Source: the human T2T-CHM13v2.0 reference genome, Homo sapiens | Reading direction: 5' to 3' (one strand) | DNA: 64,000 nt | Assembly (NCBI RefSeq): GCF_009914755.1 | Contig: NC_060926.1 | Shown: positions 38,490-54,482 of the stretch, piece after piece | Position numbering within the stretch: the stretch's first letter is position 1 | How the letters are laid out: each line of letters begins with the position of its first letter | Notes under the pieces: model-generated | Database searches by the model: none | What the model saw: the letters and a program-made list of their open reading frames with translations, nothing else | What the model was told of the DNA's origin: nothing | Translations under genes and position numbers: made by a program

Positions 38490-38895
38490 ATTATTTACAA
38501 CCACATATAGTGTGTAAAACTTGATGGAATCTGGTTAAGAAAAAAAAACAAAAACCAAAGTACAGAAGACCCTAAGACCCTTTGTGGGCCATTGGGGAAA
38601 TTGAATATAGACTGGATAGTAGATCAAACTAAGAATTTTTTGTTAATGTTCTCAAATGTAATAATATTGTCAGAATATTCTATTCTTAGAATTTGCATGC
38701 AGAAGTATTCAGGGTTAAAGTGTTATGGTGTCTACAACTTACTTTCTAGTGGTTCAGCAAATATGTATACATAGAGTTGAATGTATAGATGAGACCTTTA
38801 TGACAAAATATTAATCATCCAGGGAGTGGGTATATGTGCAATCATACTGTTCTTCCTACTTTTCTGGAAGTTTGAAAAATTTTGAAATAGAAAAT
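38490..38895 (+). mobile_element. Old L1 (L1MC/ME) 3' end
   Basis: ggggaaattgaatatagactgg..agaagtattcaggg..tctacaacttacttt..tggttcag..gaagtttgaaaaattt. Confidence 0.7.
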
Positions 38896-39199
38896 TGGAA
38901 AATGAAGGAACATTGTTTTTCTTGATCTAGGTTTGGGGATGAAAAATAACTTCCCTGAGATTTTGTAGCCATAAGCCTATCCTCATGAAGATTAGAGGTT
39001 GACTTTATTCCTTCTACATGACATGAGAATCCTTGGCCTGAGAAAATAACACAAAAGTAATAGAGGCTGGAGATACTACTGGTTGCCTGGCAGAAGGAAA
39101 CACAAACTGCCTGGAGGCACAGATCCTCAGCTGAGAGTGCGCAGTACATCCTAGATGAAGCGAAGCACAGTAGGCATGCAATCCAAAATTACAAAACAG

Positions 39200-40420
39200 G
39201 AAGAGAGCGCAAAGAGTCAAACGTGAAAAACAACAGGATCCAATCCTGAAGGATGTTTAAATATGTCAAAGACGTCTTGGAATTGTAATAAAGCATGCAA
39301 GATAAGCCACAGAACTTTTAGAAATAAAATGTAAACTCACTGAAACAGAAAAAAAATCTGATCAGATTATTAAGTGAAATGAATAATTGGTGATGTGAAA
39401 TGTGAAACCGGGAAACTTACACAGAATGCACTGCAGAGCACAGAGAGATGGGAAGTACCAGAGCGAGCCTGGGACACGTGGGCAGCGAGATGATCAAATG
39501 TACATCCAACGGAACTCAGTGCAGAGCAGGAGGAACGCAGAGCATGCAGCGTGCAGACAGCCATGGCCATTCGGATTCTGTTATTTCAATGAGCCCAAGG
39601 AAGGGTCTGCATCTGAATATGTGCTAATGAAACAGAAGAACTCCAAAGACACACTGTTAGAAGGGAGAATAGGTAAAAGCTGCAGTTAGAAGGACAGCAG
39701 TGTCAACAAGAAACAATAGTAGATATAAGAGATAGAATTCTATATCTAGGTAAACCATTGTTCAGTAATAATACAAAAATGAAATGTTTTCATTTACTTA
39801 GAAAAGTAAAAATTTACCCAATGTGAAACAAGAATAGACAAACATACTTCTATCATTAAAGCCATTGTATTAGTAGTTTAAATTTGCTCCAAAAACAAAT
39901 TACCTCTCCCAATCACCAGGCCTAATGGCTTCTGTATGCAAGTTCCAGCAAATAGTTAAGGCATCCAACATCCCAATTTTGAGAGAGCAGAATAACAAGA
40001 GATATGAACCAATTCATTTGATGTGCTTTATATGACCTTTTATCAAAATCAGAGAAGAATAAAAAGTTATATACCTCTTTTACGTATATAGACTGAGACA
40101 TCTCAAATAAAATATTAGCAAATCAAATCCAGAAACATGTATAAAAGTGTAGGCTGACAAAGGTGGGATTATCATGGGAATGCTGAGTTGTTTGCAACTA
40201 GAAGTATAGATGTAACTTATTAAACGATTAAAAGAGAAGAAAGCATATATCACTTTGAGAGATACAAAGAAGAATTTGGCGTATTGCACATCATGTCAGG
40301 AAGACTCAGTATTGGAAAGATGTTTGTGTTTGTCTCAAATTCAAAGCAATTCTATTAAACATTTTCCAAGGGCTTTTTTTTCTTCTGTAATTTAATAAGC
40401 TGATGGAGCAGTGAAAGGCC
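39200..40420 (+). mobile_element. Degenerate old L1 (L1M) internal fragments
   Basis: A-rich, with L1-like motifs (caccaggcctaatggcttc; aaaatattagcaaatcaaatccag; ggaagactcagtattggaaagatg). Confidence 0.65.
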
Positions 40421-40427
40421 CAGAATA

Positions 40428-41035
40428 TTGTTCCTGTTACTAGGGCTGTGTAACAAATGACCCCAAAGCTCAGTGCAGCAAAACCTTTACCATGTAACCC
40501 TTATAAAATCCTTGAGGAATCAACTTTAGAGGATATGTCACTCACATTAGATCTGGGCAGGGACTGGTGGGGACAGCTCATTTCTGCTTTCCTTGGCATC
40601 AGCTCTAGGACTTCCAGGCTGCTGGCTGGGATGATCTAAGGTCACTTTCACTCATGTGCCCAGTGCCCTGGCTGGGAGGACTGTACCGGGCAGGGGTGGG
40701 GGGTGGTGCTCCTTGGCTGTTTCCCTCTCTGTAGGTCATCTTCCCACACCATCAGGGTGGCCGGACTTACATGTCAGCTCGGCTCTGAAGCCGTGTGTCC
40801 CGAAAGAGCCGGGCTGAAGCTGTATCCTCCTGTGACGTAGGTTTAGAAGTCACAAACACATCATTTGCACCACTCTGCAATGGGTGTTAGTCAAAGGACC
40901 CTGCACAGATTCAAGGGAAGGGAATATGCACCTGTCTGCTGGTGGAAGTAGTGTCAGCAACATGTGGTGTGGACGTCATGTGTATGGATGAGTGTGAGTG
41001 TGTGTGTGTGTGTGTGTAAAATATAACCTGCCACA
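40428..41035 (-). mobile_element. MLT1 (MaLR, MLT1F/G/H-like) LTR
   Basis: gctgtgtaacaaatgaccccaaa..ggggacagctcatttctgct..tagaagtcac..cagattcaagggaagggaa..aacctgccaca. Confidence 0.75.
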
Positions 41036-41334
41036 AATATTCCATACAATTCGAAGAACAAGGATTTATTCCATTAGACCCCATGAGATGATAAAGCTGA
41101 ACCAGTTTGGAAGTATGGTACTGGTACATGGGTAGAAGCCAAAAATTGGAACAGTAGGTAGAGCCCTGAGATAAGCCCAGTCACATAAGGGAGCTACATT
41201 ATACCAGTGTGGAAATGTGAACCATTGAGGAAAAGATACACTATTAAATTACTAATGATGAAGTGACTAGGGACTAAGGCCTGGTAATTGTCCAAGCATG
41301 TGGAGAAAAATAGGTATTGCTACACCTTACTAAT

Positions 41335-41530
41335 AGTAATAGTCATAGCTAACATGGATGGACTATCCAGTACGTACCAGGTATTTTGCATGTGTTATTT
41401 GTAATCCTTATAAAATCCTTGAGGAATCAACTTCAGAGGTCACTGTCACTCACATTAGATCACAAGGATGGTGAGTTTTGGAGCTAGGATTTGAATCCAG
41501 ATCTGTGCGAGCCACGTGTTTTGTACCTTC
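41335..41530 (-). mobile_element. MIR SINE
   Basis: aatagtcatagctaacat..taccagg..tttgcatgtgttatttgtaatcct..ggagctaggatttgaatccagatctgt. Confidence 0.7.
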
Positions 41531-42389
41531 GTTTACCTCAGATGTTTGTTCTTGCCCTGGGACTTGTCTAACGTTGTTCATTTCCTGAAATCTCTTTGGT
41601 CTCAAACACTTGCGTCAATTCACTTTACCACATTACCTTCTGCTTGTCTTTGAATCATGGGCTTAGTCATCAGCCTCTGAGGGAATTGTTTCTGACCCTT
41701 GTCTTCTCCAGGATAGAACTTATACCCTCGGCCCCATTCTTTTAAACTTATGTCTATCATCCCATTCATGACAATGTGGGGGATAGAAAAGCAGGATTCA
41801 CATGCTCTTCTCCTCCCCAAAAAACAAATATTTGCCTGTCAGAAATAAGATAAAACTGTCAAAGGCATACAAAATCACTGTTTAAAAACTAGTGTAAATT
41901 TTAAAACAGCAGTAACTATTCTGTTAAATAATAATGAAAAAGCAATATTAAAAAAAACGAAGATTGAGATCAAGAACAGAAGAACACTGAGCACTTTGGT
42001 GTCACGCAGGTTAAGATGACACTTGCAAGACGCTGTCTCTGTGAGGCTTCCATCTGTTCTTGGAGCCTGGGGAGAGGGTTTCTCACTGTCAGCACTTGCC
42101 CAGTATTGGGTGCATTCTTTCAGTCACGGACACTGTGGCTCTTTGTGGCTCCTTTCTTGGAAACTGTAGTTATTTGAAAACAATGTCGGACTTAAGGTCT
42201 GTTTTTTCACTCCCAGGCAATTCAGTGTTTTCTGTACTGATCTATCTCCCTTTTCTACCAGAACTGCCTTTCCCCTCAGTGGTTCAGAATGTCAGATAAA
42301 CTGGGGGAGAGAATGCATAGAAGAAAGACCCCAGGCTGAGAAGATAGAACCTCATCTTTTCCTGAAGTTCATGAAGATACTTCTCTATT

Positions 42390-42690
42390 CAGCAGTTTCC
42401 CCTTAGCCACAGCTTTGCTTTCTGTGGTTCCGGTTACCAGCAGTCCGAAACATTAAGATATTGAGAGAGAGAGAGAGAGAGAAATAGAGAGAGAGAGAGA
42501 GAGAGCCCACACTTACCTTTTATTGCAGTATATTGTTCTGTTTTATTATTAGTTATTGCTGTTAAACTCTTTCTGTGCCTAATTTATAAATTAAACTTTA
42601 TCATAAGTGCACATGTATGGAAAAAAAACATAGTATATATAGGGGTTGGTAGTATTCCTGGTTAACACCTGTGGATAAGGGGGAATATTG
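42390..42690 (+). mobile_element. MER44A-like (TcMar-Tigger) MITE with an internal (GA)n
   Basis: Terminal inverted repeats CAGCAGTTTCCCCTTAGCCAC / GTGGATAAGGGGGAATATTG; internal ctgtgcctaatttataaattaaactttatcata. Confidence 0.85.
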
Positions 42691-42699
42691 CCTTTTGCA

Positions 42700-44634
42700 T
42701 TTCGTATGCCTTGATTTCACACTAAGATTGTTAATTGCACTGGAGTAGATTTTGTGCATGATTTGAGGTAGGGATCCAATGGCATTTTCTTTCATATGCA
42801 TAATGAAAAATTGTCTCATTCCTTTTAGTTTGCAATTGTAGCTCTGTCATAAATTGAATTTTAATATACTCACTGCTGTGTTCTGTGACTTTCTTCTCTG
42901 TTTCATTGGTCTGTATTATTCACTGCATCAAACCCACACCACCTTAGTTACTATAGTTTTATAAATGTGGTCTCTCTTAGGGCAGTTCCCCCAGTTGCCT
43001 TGACGACCATAGTCCCTGCTATTGATCTTCATAAAAGTTTAGCTATTTCTGAACTTTCGTCTGTCTTTATCTGCTAATAATTAGCTTTGTAAGTTGGGCC
43101 AAAGTCTGTTGGAATTTTGATAGAGACTGCTTTAAAGAGAGACAAATTGGGAAGAATTTATGTTTCCTATCCATGATCATGAATATTTCTCTCAATTAAT
43201 TAGATATTTCATGTATTAAAATATATCATGAAAAAAAGATATCCTCAATATTCACAAAGATACTTCCCAAAAAGATGACCGATATCTTTCAATGGCATTT
43301 AATATTCTCCATAAAGATCTTGCACATCTTTTGTTAGATGTTTTTCTTTGGTATTTTTGTTATTGTTGCTGTGGAGAATCATAAGTTTATCTTTTCTAAC
43401 GTTTATTACTGGTTATAGAAATAGCATTGTCTTTTGTATATTGATTTTATGTCCAGTAATCTTGCTAAACCCTTATTAATTCTAATAATTTAACTGTTGA
43501 TTATTTTGGCCTTTTTATGTGCAATTTTGTTTCTTTTATATCCTTTTATAACTTTTTAGTTTTTCATTTTACAGTTCAGCATTAAATAAAAGTGGTAACA
43601 GTGGATATTCTTGTCTTATTCTTGCTCTTAAAGGGAATGTTTCAAACATTTTACTGCTGACTTGTTTTGAAGCAATTTTTAAAAAACCTTCTATTAGATT
43701 GATCCTAGCTGGCTCATAATTTTTATCCTTAATGGATATTGAATTTTATTAAATTCTCTAATTGCATCTATTGGGGTAGTCGTGTGAGTTTTGTCATTTA
43801 TTCTGTTATACCATGAGTTACATTAATAGATTTTTAAATGAGACATCAGTGTTGTATTCCTAGCGTAAATCCAATTTGGTCATACTTTATTTAGTTTTTT
43901 ATACATTTCAGATTCAATTTTTGAAAATTATTTTCAAATCCCTGTTAGTGAATAAGATTGACTTGAGCCTTTTTCTTTCACATATTGTTTTTGTCTAGCT
44001 TTGGTATCAAAGTTTTGCTGAAATTATAATGAATTGGCAAGTACATTCTTGGAGATAGTTTAAGTCAAGAATTATTTGCTCTCATAATTTGTTAGAACTG
44101 TCTGGTAAAGTTGTTAGGCATGCTGTACTCTATGGGGAGATATTCAACAATTAATTTGCTCTATTTAATAGAGTTATTCAGGTTTTATTTTTTAAAAGTA
44201 ATTTCTACAATTATATTTTATCTAGGAATTTGTCCATTTCCTATCTTTTTATTTTTTGGCAAGCAGTTATACATAGTATTATTTTTAGGCACTGTAGCAT
44301 GGAGATATACCCACTTTGCTTGTGTCTTCTCACTTATTTTTTTATCCTGTAGAAGTTAAACAATTTTATTTTTCTTTTTAAAATTTTCTTTTTAAAATTA
44401 ATTTTTAATTGACAAAACTTGTGTATATTTATGATTTACAACATGTTGTTTTGAACAATTTTCTTAATCTTCTCATGGAATAGTGTCATGGCAGTGTGGA
44501 ATTTTTGCTGTGTGCAGCTTTTCTCAGCCCTTAGTTCATGCTTGTCTAGCTACTATTTTCTTCTTTCTGCTTTATTTGGTCTTTTGCTACTCATTATGCT
44601 ATTCTTGTTTTGAACTTATTAAGTAGGGTGTTTA
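42700..44634 (-). mobile_element. Old L1 (L1M) ORF2 relic
   Basis: T-rich reverse ORF2 motifs (ctgttggaattttgat; ttcttgtcttattcttgctcttaaagggaatg; tttggtatcaaagtt). Confidence 0.75.
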
Positions 44635-44639
44635 TATGA

Positions 44640-47280
<2,641 letters not shown>

Positions 47281-47289
47281 GATGATTAC

Positions 47290-49420
47290 TTTCAGTTTTT
47301 CTTATTTTCTAATAAAAGTGCTTAGGAATATAAACTTCCCAATATTTTATCAGCATACCACAAATTTAGATATATAGTATTTTCTTAAGTTAAATCTTAA
47401 GTAGTTTTTAATTTTTATTATGATTTTTTATGATTTATTAAAAATGTTACAAGAAAAATAATAATGAAAAAAGAATGTTTGGGCATTGCTGTGGCTTGTC
47501 ACTGATTTCCAGCACAATTGTACTGTAGTCAGAAACTGTGATCTGTAAAATATCAATTTTTTTGCCATTTGTGATGTCTTGCCTTGTGGTTTTTTAGGTA
47601 TTAAATTTTTATAAATTAAATGTTTCATGCATTAAAAATATTTATTCTATAATTCTTGGTTAAAATTCTCTACGTATGTTTAGTTAAGATTGTTTATGAG
47701 TTGTTCAAATGTTCTCTACTGAGGCCAACAGCTTTTATATAGAACGTGATTCCTATCAAAAGTTGAAGACACAAAAACACCTTTGAGAAACTTTCTTAAT
47801 GACTTCCAATTGTCAGCACAGAAGGTGTCCAGAAGTCTATGGGAACTTGCCAGCATTTGGCATTGTCCGTTTTTAAAAAATATTTTGCCCTTAAGAGTGT
47901 TGTTTTAATTTGCAGTTTTCTAATGCAAGTGATATTGAGAACCTTTTATATGCTTATTTGCCATTTGTATATTGTCTCTGGTGAGGTATCTGTTCAGATA
48001 TTTTGCTTTTTCCTTGGGTTGTTTTCTTGTTATTGAATGTAAAAGTTCTTTATATATTCTGGATACAAATCTGTAATTAGATATGTGGTTTTCATATATT
48101 TTCTCCAGGTTTGAGGCTTGTGTTATCAATCACTTAATAGTATATTTTATAGAGCAGAATCTTTAAATTTTAATTAGTCCAACCTAAATGCTTTCTTTCA
48201 CGAAACTGCTTCTAGTGTTGTAGCTGAAAATTTATCACAAAATCCAAGGAAACAAAGGTTTCCCTTTAAGAGTTTTTTAGTGTTGTATTTTTCATTTAGG
48301 CGTATGATTCATTTTCAGTTAATGTTTGTGAAAGGTGTAATGTCTGCATATAGGTTCTTTTTTTGGGATATGGACATCCAAATGTTAAAGCACCATGTGT
48401 TGAAAAGACTACCCTTTCTTCACTGAATTGCCTTTGCTCCTTTGTCAAGTATCAGCTAACTATATTTATGTGGGTCTATTTCTGGGCCCTCTATTCTGTT
48501 CCCTATTGATCTATTTGTCTTTTCTTTCATGAGTATCATGTGGTATTGATTACTGTAGCTTTACAACAAATCTTGAAATTGGTAGTGTTAAGTATTTCAA
48601 CTTTTTTTTTTCTATTTTATTGTATTGTTTGTTCTAGGTCTCATCTTTTCATATAAACTTTAAAATCAACTTGTTGATTTCTACAAAATAACTTTCTGAG
48701 ATTTTGACTGGAATCATGTTGAGTCCATAAGTCAAGTTGGATAGAATTAATACCTTAACAATATTGAATTTTCTGATGCATGGATACTGAATATCTCCCC
48801 GGTTATTTAGATTTTCTTTGTAGTTTTTTATGTATAGATTCTGTACATACTCTGTTGGATATATACCTAAGTATTTAATTTTGGGAGAGGAGCAGGTTAT
48901 TGGAACAGATATATTAAAAAAAATCTTGAATCCCAATGTTCATTTCTCATATATAGGACAGCAGTTGACTTTTATAGGTTAACCTTGTCTCCTGTGACCT
49001 TGCTATGCTCGTTTATTAGTTCCAGGAGTGTTATGATTCTTTAGAATGTTTTACATAGATAATCATATCATCTGTGACTAGAAATAGTTTTATTTCTTTA
49101 TTTATTTAGTTCCTTTATTTCATGCACTAGGTAGGAATTCCAGCATGATATTAAATAGGAGTGATGAGAAGGGGACATTCTTGACTCGTTTCCAGTCTTA
49201 GGCCAAACAAGTTCAATTTCTCACCATTATGAAAACTATATATTTTTTGTAGATATTTTAACAAGCTAAGAAATCTTATTAAATATACAGAAACTAAGGA
49301 ATTTGTTTATTAATTCTAATAGCATTTGGTGGCATCTTTAGGGTTTTCTACATAGGAGGTTATGCCATCTGCAAACAGACAATTTATCTTCTTTTTCAAT
49401 GTGGATGCTTTTTATTTTAT
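47290..49420 (-). mobile_element. Old L1 (L1M/MB/MC) ORF2 relics
   Basis: Minus-strand translations resemble ORF2p (KIKYLGI..YVQNLY.KNYK; EKIYENHISN..VSRIYKELL). Confidence 0.8.
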
Positions 49421-49427
49421 TTTTTTT

Positions 49428-50655
49428 ACACTGTCTTCCACAATGGTTGAACTAATTTACATTCCCACCAAAAGTGTAAAAGCATTCCTATTTCTCTGCA
49501 GCCTCTTCAGCATCTGCTGTTTCTTGACTTTTTAATAATTGCCATTCTAACTGGTGTTAGATAGTATCTCATTGGGGTTTTGATTTGCTTTTCTCTAATA
49601 ATCAATGATGTTGAGCTTTTTTTTTCATATATTTGTTGGCCCCATGAATGTCTTCATTTGAGAAGTGTCTGTTCATATCCTTTGTTTGTTTTTTTTTCTT
49701 ATAAATTTGTTTAAGTTCCTTGTCAACTCTGGATATTAGACCTTTGTCAGATGGATAGATTGCAAAAATTTTCTCCCATTCTGTGGGTTGTCTGTTCACT
49801 TTGATGAAAGTTTCTTTTGTTGTGCAGAAGCTTTTTAGTTTAATTAGATCCAGTTGGTCAGTTTTTGTTTTTGTTGCAATTGCTTTTGGTGTTTCATCGT
49901 GAAATATTTGCCTATACCTGTGTCCTGAGTGGTATTGCCTAGATTTTCTTCTAGGGTTTTTATAGTGTTGGGTTTTACATTTAAGTCTTTAATCTATATT
50001 GAGTTATTTTTTGTATAACATGTAAGGCAGGGGTCTAGTTTCAATTTTCTGCATTTGGCTAGCCAGCTCTCTCAGCACCATTTACTAAATAGGAGATCCT
50101 TTCCCCATTGCTTGTTTTTGTCAGGTTTGTCAAAGATCAGACGGTTGTAGGTGTTTGGTTTTATTTCTGAGTTCTCTATTCTGTTCCATTGGTCTATGTG
50201 TCTGTTTTTGTGCCAGCACCATGCTATTTTGGTTACTGTAGCCTTGTAGTATAGTCTGAAGTTGGGTAGCGTGACGCCTCCAGCTTTGTTTTTTTTTGTT
50301 GTTTCTTTGTTTTTGTTTTTTTGCTTAGGATTGTCTTGGCTATTCAGGCTCTTTTTTGGTTCCATATGAATTTTAACATAGTTTTTCCTAATTCTGTGAA
50401 CAATGTCAATGATAGTTTAATGGGAATATTATTGAATCTATAAATTACTTTGGGCAGTGTAGCCATTTTCACAATTTTAAGTCTTCCTCTCCATGAGCAT
50501 GGAATGTTTTTCCATTTGTTTGTGTACTCTCTGATTTCCTTGAGCAGTGGTTTGTAGTTCTCCTTGAAGAGGTCCTTTACTTCTCTTGTTAGATGTATTT
50601 CTAGGTATCTTTTTTGCTTTGTAGCAATCATGAATGGGAGTTCATTCATCATTTT
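49428..50655 (-). mobile_element. Primate L1 (L1PA/PB) ORF2 internal fragment, frameshifted
   Basis: Minus-strand peptides [49 protein letters not shown], and [23 protein letters not shown]. Confidence 0.93.
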
Positions 50656-50659
50656 ATTT

Positions 50660-53110
50660 TTAACATTTTAAAAAAGTTTTTTCATATAATTCTAATCTCT
50701 CTGGTTACATTACCTGTCTATGTGTGATGTCTACTTTCTTCATTAGTGAACTTAGCATATTAATCTTAGTTACTTTATATTTCCTATCTAACACTTCCAA
50801 CAGCTGTACCATAGCTGAATCTGGTTTCAGTGCTTGTTTTGTCTCTTCAGGCTGTGGTTTTTCTCCTCCTTGGTATGCCTTATAATTTTTTGTTGGAGCC
50901 TGGGCATGTTGTATCAAGTAATAGGAACTCAGGTAAATAGGCCTTTAATGTGAGGATTTATGCTAATCTGGTTAGGTCTTGGGCTGTGTTTTATGTTTGT
51001 TATGACTGTAGTTGCCAGAGGCTTCAAACTCCTCTAGTACTCTTGTTTCTATATTCTCTCTTGTCTCTGGGCTTCTTTAAGTACTCTTCCTCAGAGAATA
51101 TTGCTGTGTCTTGCTGCTGTTTCAGCGGTAGTCCAGTATTATCATTCCTGAGCCTTGATGATTTGTTGGTGAACTGTAGGGGGTAGGGAGGGAAACATTC
51201 TGTAATGTTATGATTAAATCTCAGTCTCTTCCTGGACCTGTGTCTCTGGGCTATGTGTTTCACAAGTGTTTTTCCATTAGTACTGATTTTTATTTTCTCT
51301 TGGCCTTGGCAGGAAAGGTGGAGGGGTCTGAAGTGGCAGGAATGCCCTTTCCCCCCAGTGAGATAAATCTTTGGTAAAGCCTTTTCCTGTGCACTGTAAG
51401 CCTTTGTTAAGGAGAATGCTCTGGGTATATTTCACAATGAGTTTCCCTGACCCTACCCTGCCAGTGCTACCATGGGATCTTTCTGAGATCATCACCATGC
51501 AAACCTGGTGAAGTTCATTGTGTTAAGATCTGTGAAAGTGTGGGGATCCCTCTAAGACTGTGGCTCCAGGAGTTTCTCACTCTCCTGAGAGTCTGCATCT
51601 AGCCTCCAGCAATTCATCTAACTTCCTAATTACACGTTTCTGCCAGATTTTTGGCTTCAGTGGCTTCTGCTGAAGCCAGATCTCAGCTCAGACTCTCTGG
51701 ATTTATCATTTTCCACAGATTTCATGGTGGTAGTTTTCTCTGCCAACTTAACCTCTTTGGTGGATACAAAAAAGTTGATGTATAGTTTTTTTTTCATTTG
51801 TTATAAGGATGGAAGTGACAACTTCCAAGTTCTTCACATTTTGGCCTGAAATCATACTTATTCCAGCATGCTTCTGATTGGTGTTACCATGCTATACCTT
51901 TTCCTATCATTCTACTTTTATTATATTTAGTCTTTATTTGTACAGTGGGATTCTTGTAGGCAGCATACATTTGAGTCTTGCTTCTTTATCCAGTCTTATA
52001 ATTGCCATAATTTAATTGGAGTGTTTAGACCATTTATATTCAATGCAGTTATTGTTGATGGCTTGATTTAAATTTCCTATCTTGCTGTTTTTTTTTCTAT
52101 TTGTACTTTAAAAAATTTTCTCTTTGCCAGAGAGAAATAGTGGTGGCTCATGCCTGTAATCCCAGCACTTTCGGAGGCCGAGGCGGGTGGATCACAAGGT
52201 CAGGAGTTCAAGACCAGCCTGGCCAAGATGGTGAAACCTCGTCTCTACTAAAAATACAAAAATTAGCTGGGTGTGGTGGTGGGTACCTGAAATCCTAGCT
52301 ACTCAGGAAGCTGAGGCAGAGAATTGCTTGAACCCAGGAGGCGGAGGTTGCAGTGAGCTGAGATCACACCACTGCATTCCAGCCTGGGTGACAGAGCGAG
52401 ACTCTGTCTCCCAAAAAAAAAAAAAATTCTCTTTAACTGCCTTCTTTTGAGCAATTGAGTGTCTTTATTCTTATTCTAATAATTCTCATCTGTTGGCTTA
52501 TTACCTAGAACTCTTTTTGTTTTCATTTTATAGACTGCTTTAGGTTTTATAGTATACACCTTTAACTTATCACAGTATAACTTGAAGTGATACTATTTCA
52601 CTCAAAAGTAGTATAAGAACTCAAGAAAAAATGTTTACATTTCTCTCTTTGTTTTTGTGGTATTATTGCAATATATTTTAAGTCTCCATGTGGTATAGAC
52701 TGTACAATCCATTGCTATTATTTTTCCCTTGATCAATTCTTTTAAAGGGTTTTAAATTATAAGGAAAACTTATTTTATATTGTTGTTGCAATATACAAGT
52801 TACAATTTCCAGTTTTAAAAATTCCTTTCTGTAGATCTAGATTTCCATATCATATAGTTTTTCTTCCCCCTTCATTTATTATTTCTTGTAGTGCATGCCT
52901 ACCATTTATTAATTCATCAGGTTTTATATATTTGAAATATATTTATTTTGTCATTATTTATCAACAATATATCCATTGATTATAGCATTCTAGGTAGACA
53001 GCTTTTTTTTGATAGCACTTCATGGATGTTCTTTTACTATTGTATGGCTTGTATGTTTCCAGTAAGAAATCTGGTGTCATTCTGATCTTTGTTTTCTGTA
53101 TGTAATGTAA
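50660..53110 (-). mobile_element. Old L1 (L1M) 5'/ORF1-region relics, interrupted by an Alu
   Basis: ORF1-like minus-strand text (EETKQALKPDS..MVQLLEV.DR.YKVTKINML; KTKIRMTPDFLLET). Boundaries approximate. Confidence 0.65.
52126..52426 (+). mobile_element. Alu (AluSg-like)
   Basis: ggatcacaaggtcaggagttcaagaccagcctggccaagatgg; A tail; TSD AAAAAATT(TT)CTCTTT. Confidence 0.95.
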
Positions 53111-54129
53111 TGACCAGGAGTATTCTCTTAGATAACATCTCCCCAGTGGAAAAGGGGTGGGAGCTCCTGGCCATAATGGAAACAAGATCAGAGAACCTGC
53201 TATAGCAGCCCTTGCTTCCCATCTAATGTTATCACCAGGTTAGTCCTGGGATATTGGGATGGAAGGCAAGGTGCCAAAAGCACCAATGAGAGCAGAGAAC
53301 AGAATAGTCAAGGTAAATTCACATATATAGAGAGAACTAGGACTTGAAGGGGCACAAGGAGGTAATATGAGGTGCTAACACAAGACAGTATATATAGGTG
53401 CCCAAGTGCACAAATTGGGAGGGAAAAGAATGATAAAAGCATTGAGACAATTTGGATAGGACTGTGTACTGCTCTTTTAAATTTTTATGTGTTTGTATGT
53501 TTTTTATTGAAGTTACTATTTTGTTCCAAAGAAGGATTTAAAACGGCTTAATACAAAATGATTAATTTTTTTTACTTGGCAAAAATCATGGCTAACAGCA
53601 AATATAGTTAACATAGCAAGACTAGAGGGATAGATTGATGTACCAAAATGTATGCTAAGGATGCTTCAGTTATTAAAATGGGACAATTCTGAACTTCTAC
53701 AGTAATCAGTGAAGAACACTCTCCCTGAGACCAAGAAGCATGTTTACTTTGTAGATGATGTTCATCAGATTAGAAGTTACCATTGAAGTTGCAAAAATTA
53801 ATAAAGAGTGACTCTTAGCTATGAGTTTCATCTTTACTAGTGTAGTTTCAAAAGTTCCTATGAGACATGAAGTCAAAGTTAGTTGGGGTGCCCACATATT
53901 TTCCATAGTGTTTTTCAGCTTACTCCCATCAGCTGTTGACAACTCTGGATGAATGATGTTGTGGAGCACAGGAGAGGCCATCCTAACGTGATGTGAATAT
54001 CACAGCAGCTTCAGTGCTGTGTAGTCTCTCCTACAGAGCTGAGATCATCAGTCCATGCTCAGTTTCCATGCTCATGCGTAAATCCATAATCAGTTTCCTG
54101 TATCCTTGACCTTGCCCATGGATTATGAC

Positions 54130-54482
54130 TGATATGGTTTGGCTCTGTGTCCCCACCCAAATCTCATATTGAATTGTAATCCCCGTAATCCCCATGTGTT
54201 GAGGGTGGGAACTGGTAGGAGGTGATTGGATTGGTGTTCTCATGATAGTGAGTTCTCATGAGATCTGATGGTTTTACAAGGGGCTCTTCCCCCTTCACTA
54301 CTTACTCTTCTCCCTCCTGCCACATTGTAAAGGCGGTGCCTGGTTGGCCTTCCCGCATGATTGTTAAGTTTCCTGAGGCCTCCCCAGCCACACAGAACTG
54401 TGAGTCAATTAAATCTCTTTCCTTTATAAATTACCCAGTCTCAGGTAGTATCTTTACAGCAGTGTGAAAATGAACTAATATA
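54130..54482 (+). mobile_element. THE1D-like solo LTR
   Basis: TGATATGGTTTGGCTCTGTGTCCCC..aactaatata; perfect TSD ATGAC at 54125-54129 and 54483-54487. Confidence 0.95.

Noticed and set aside
49602-50652. Reverse-transcriptase-protein-like ORFs
   Set aside because: Frameshifted L1 ORF2 fragments with no ORF1, promoter or intact ORF2, so inactive.
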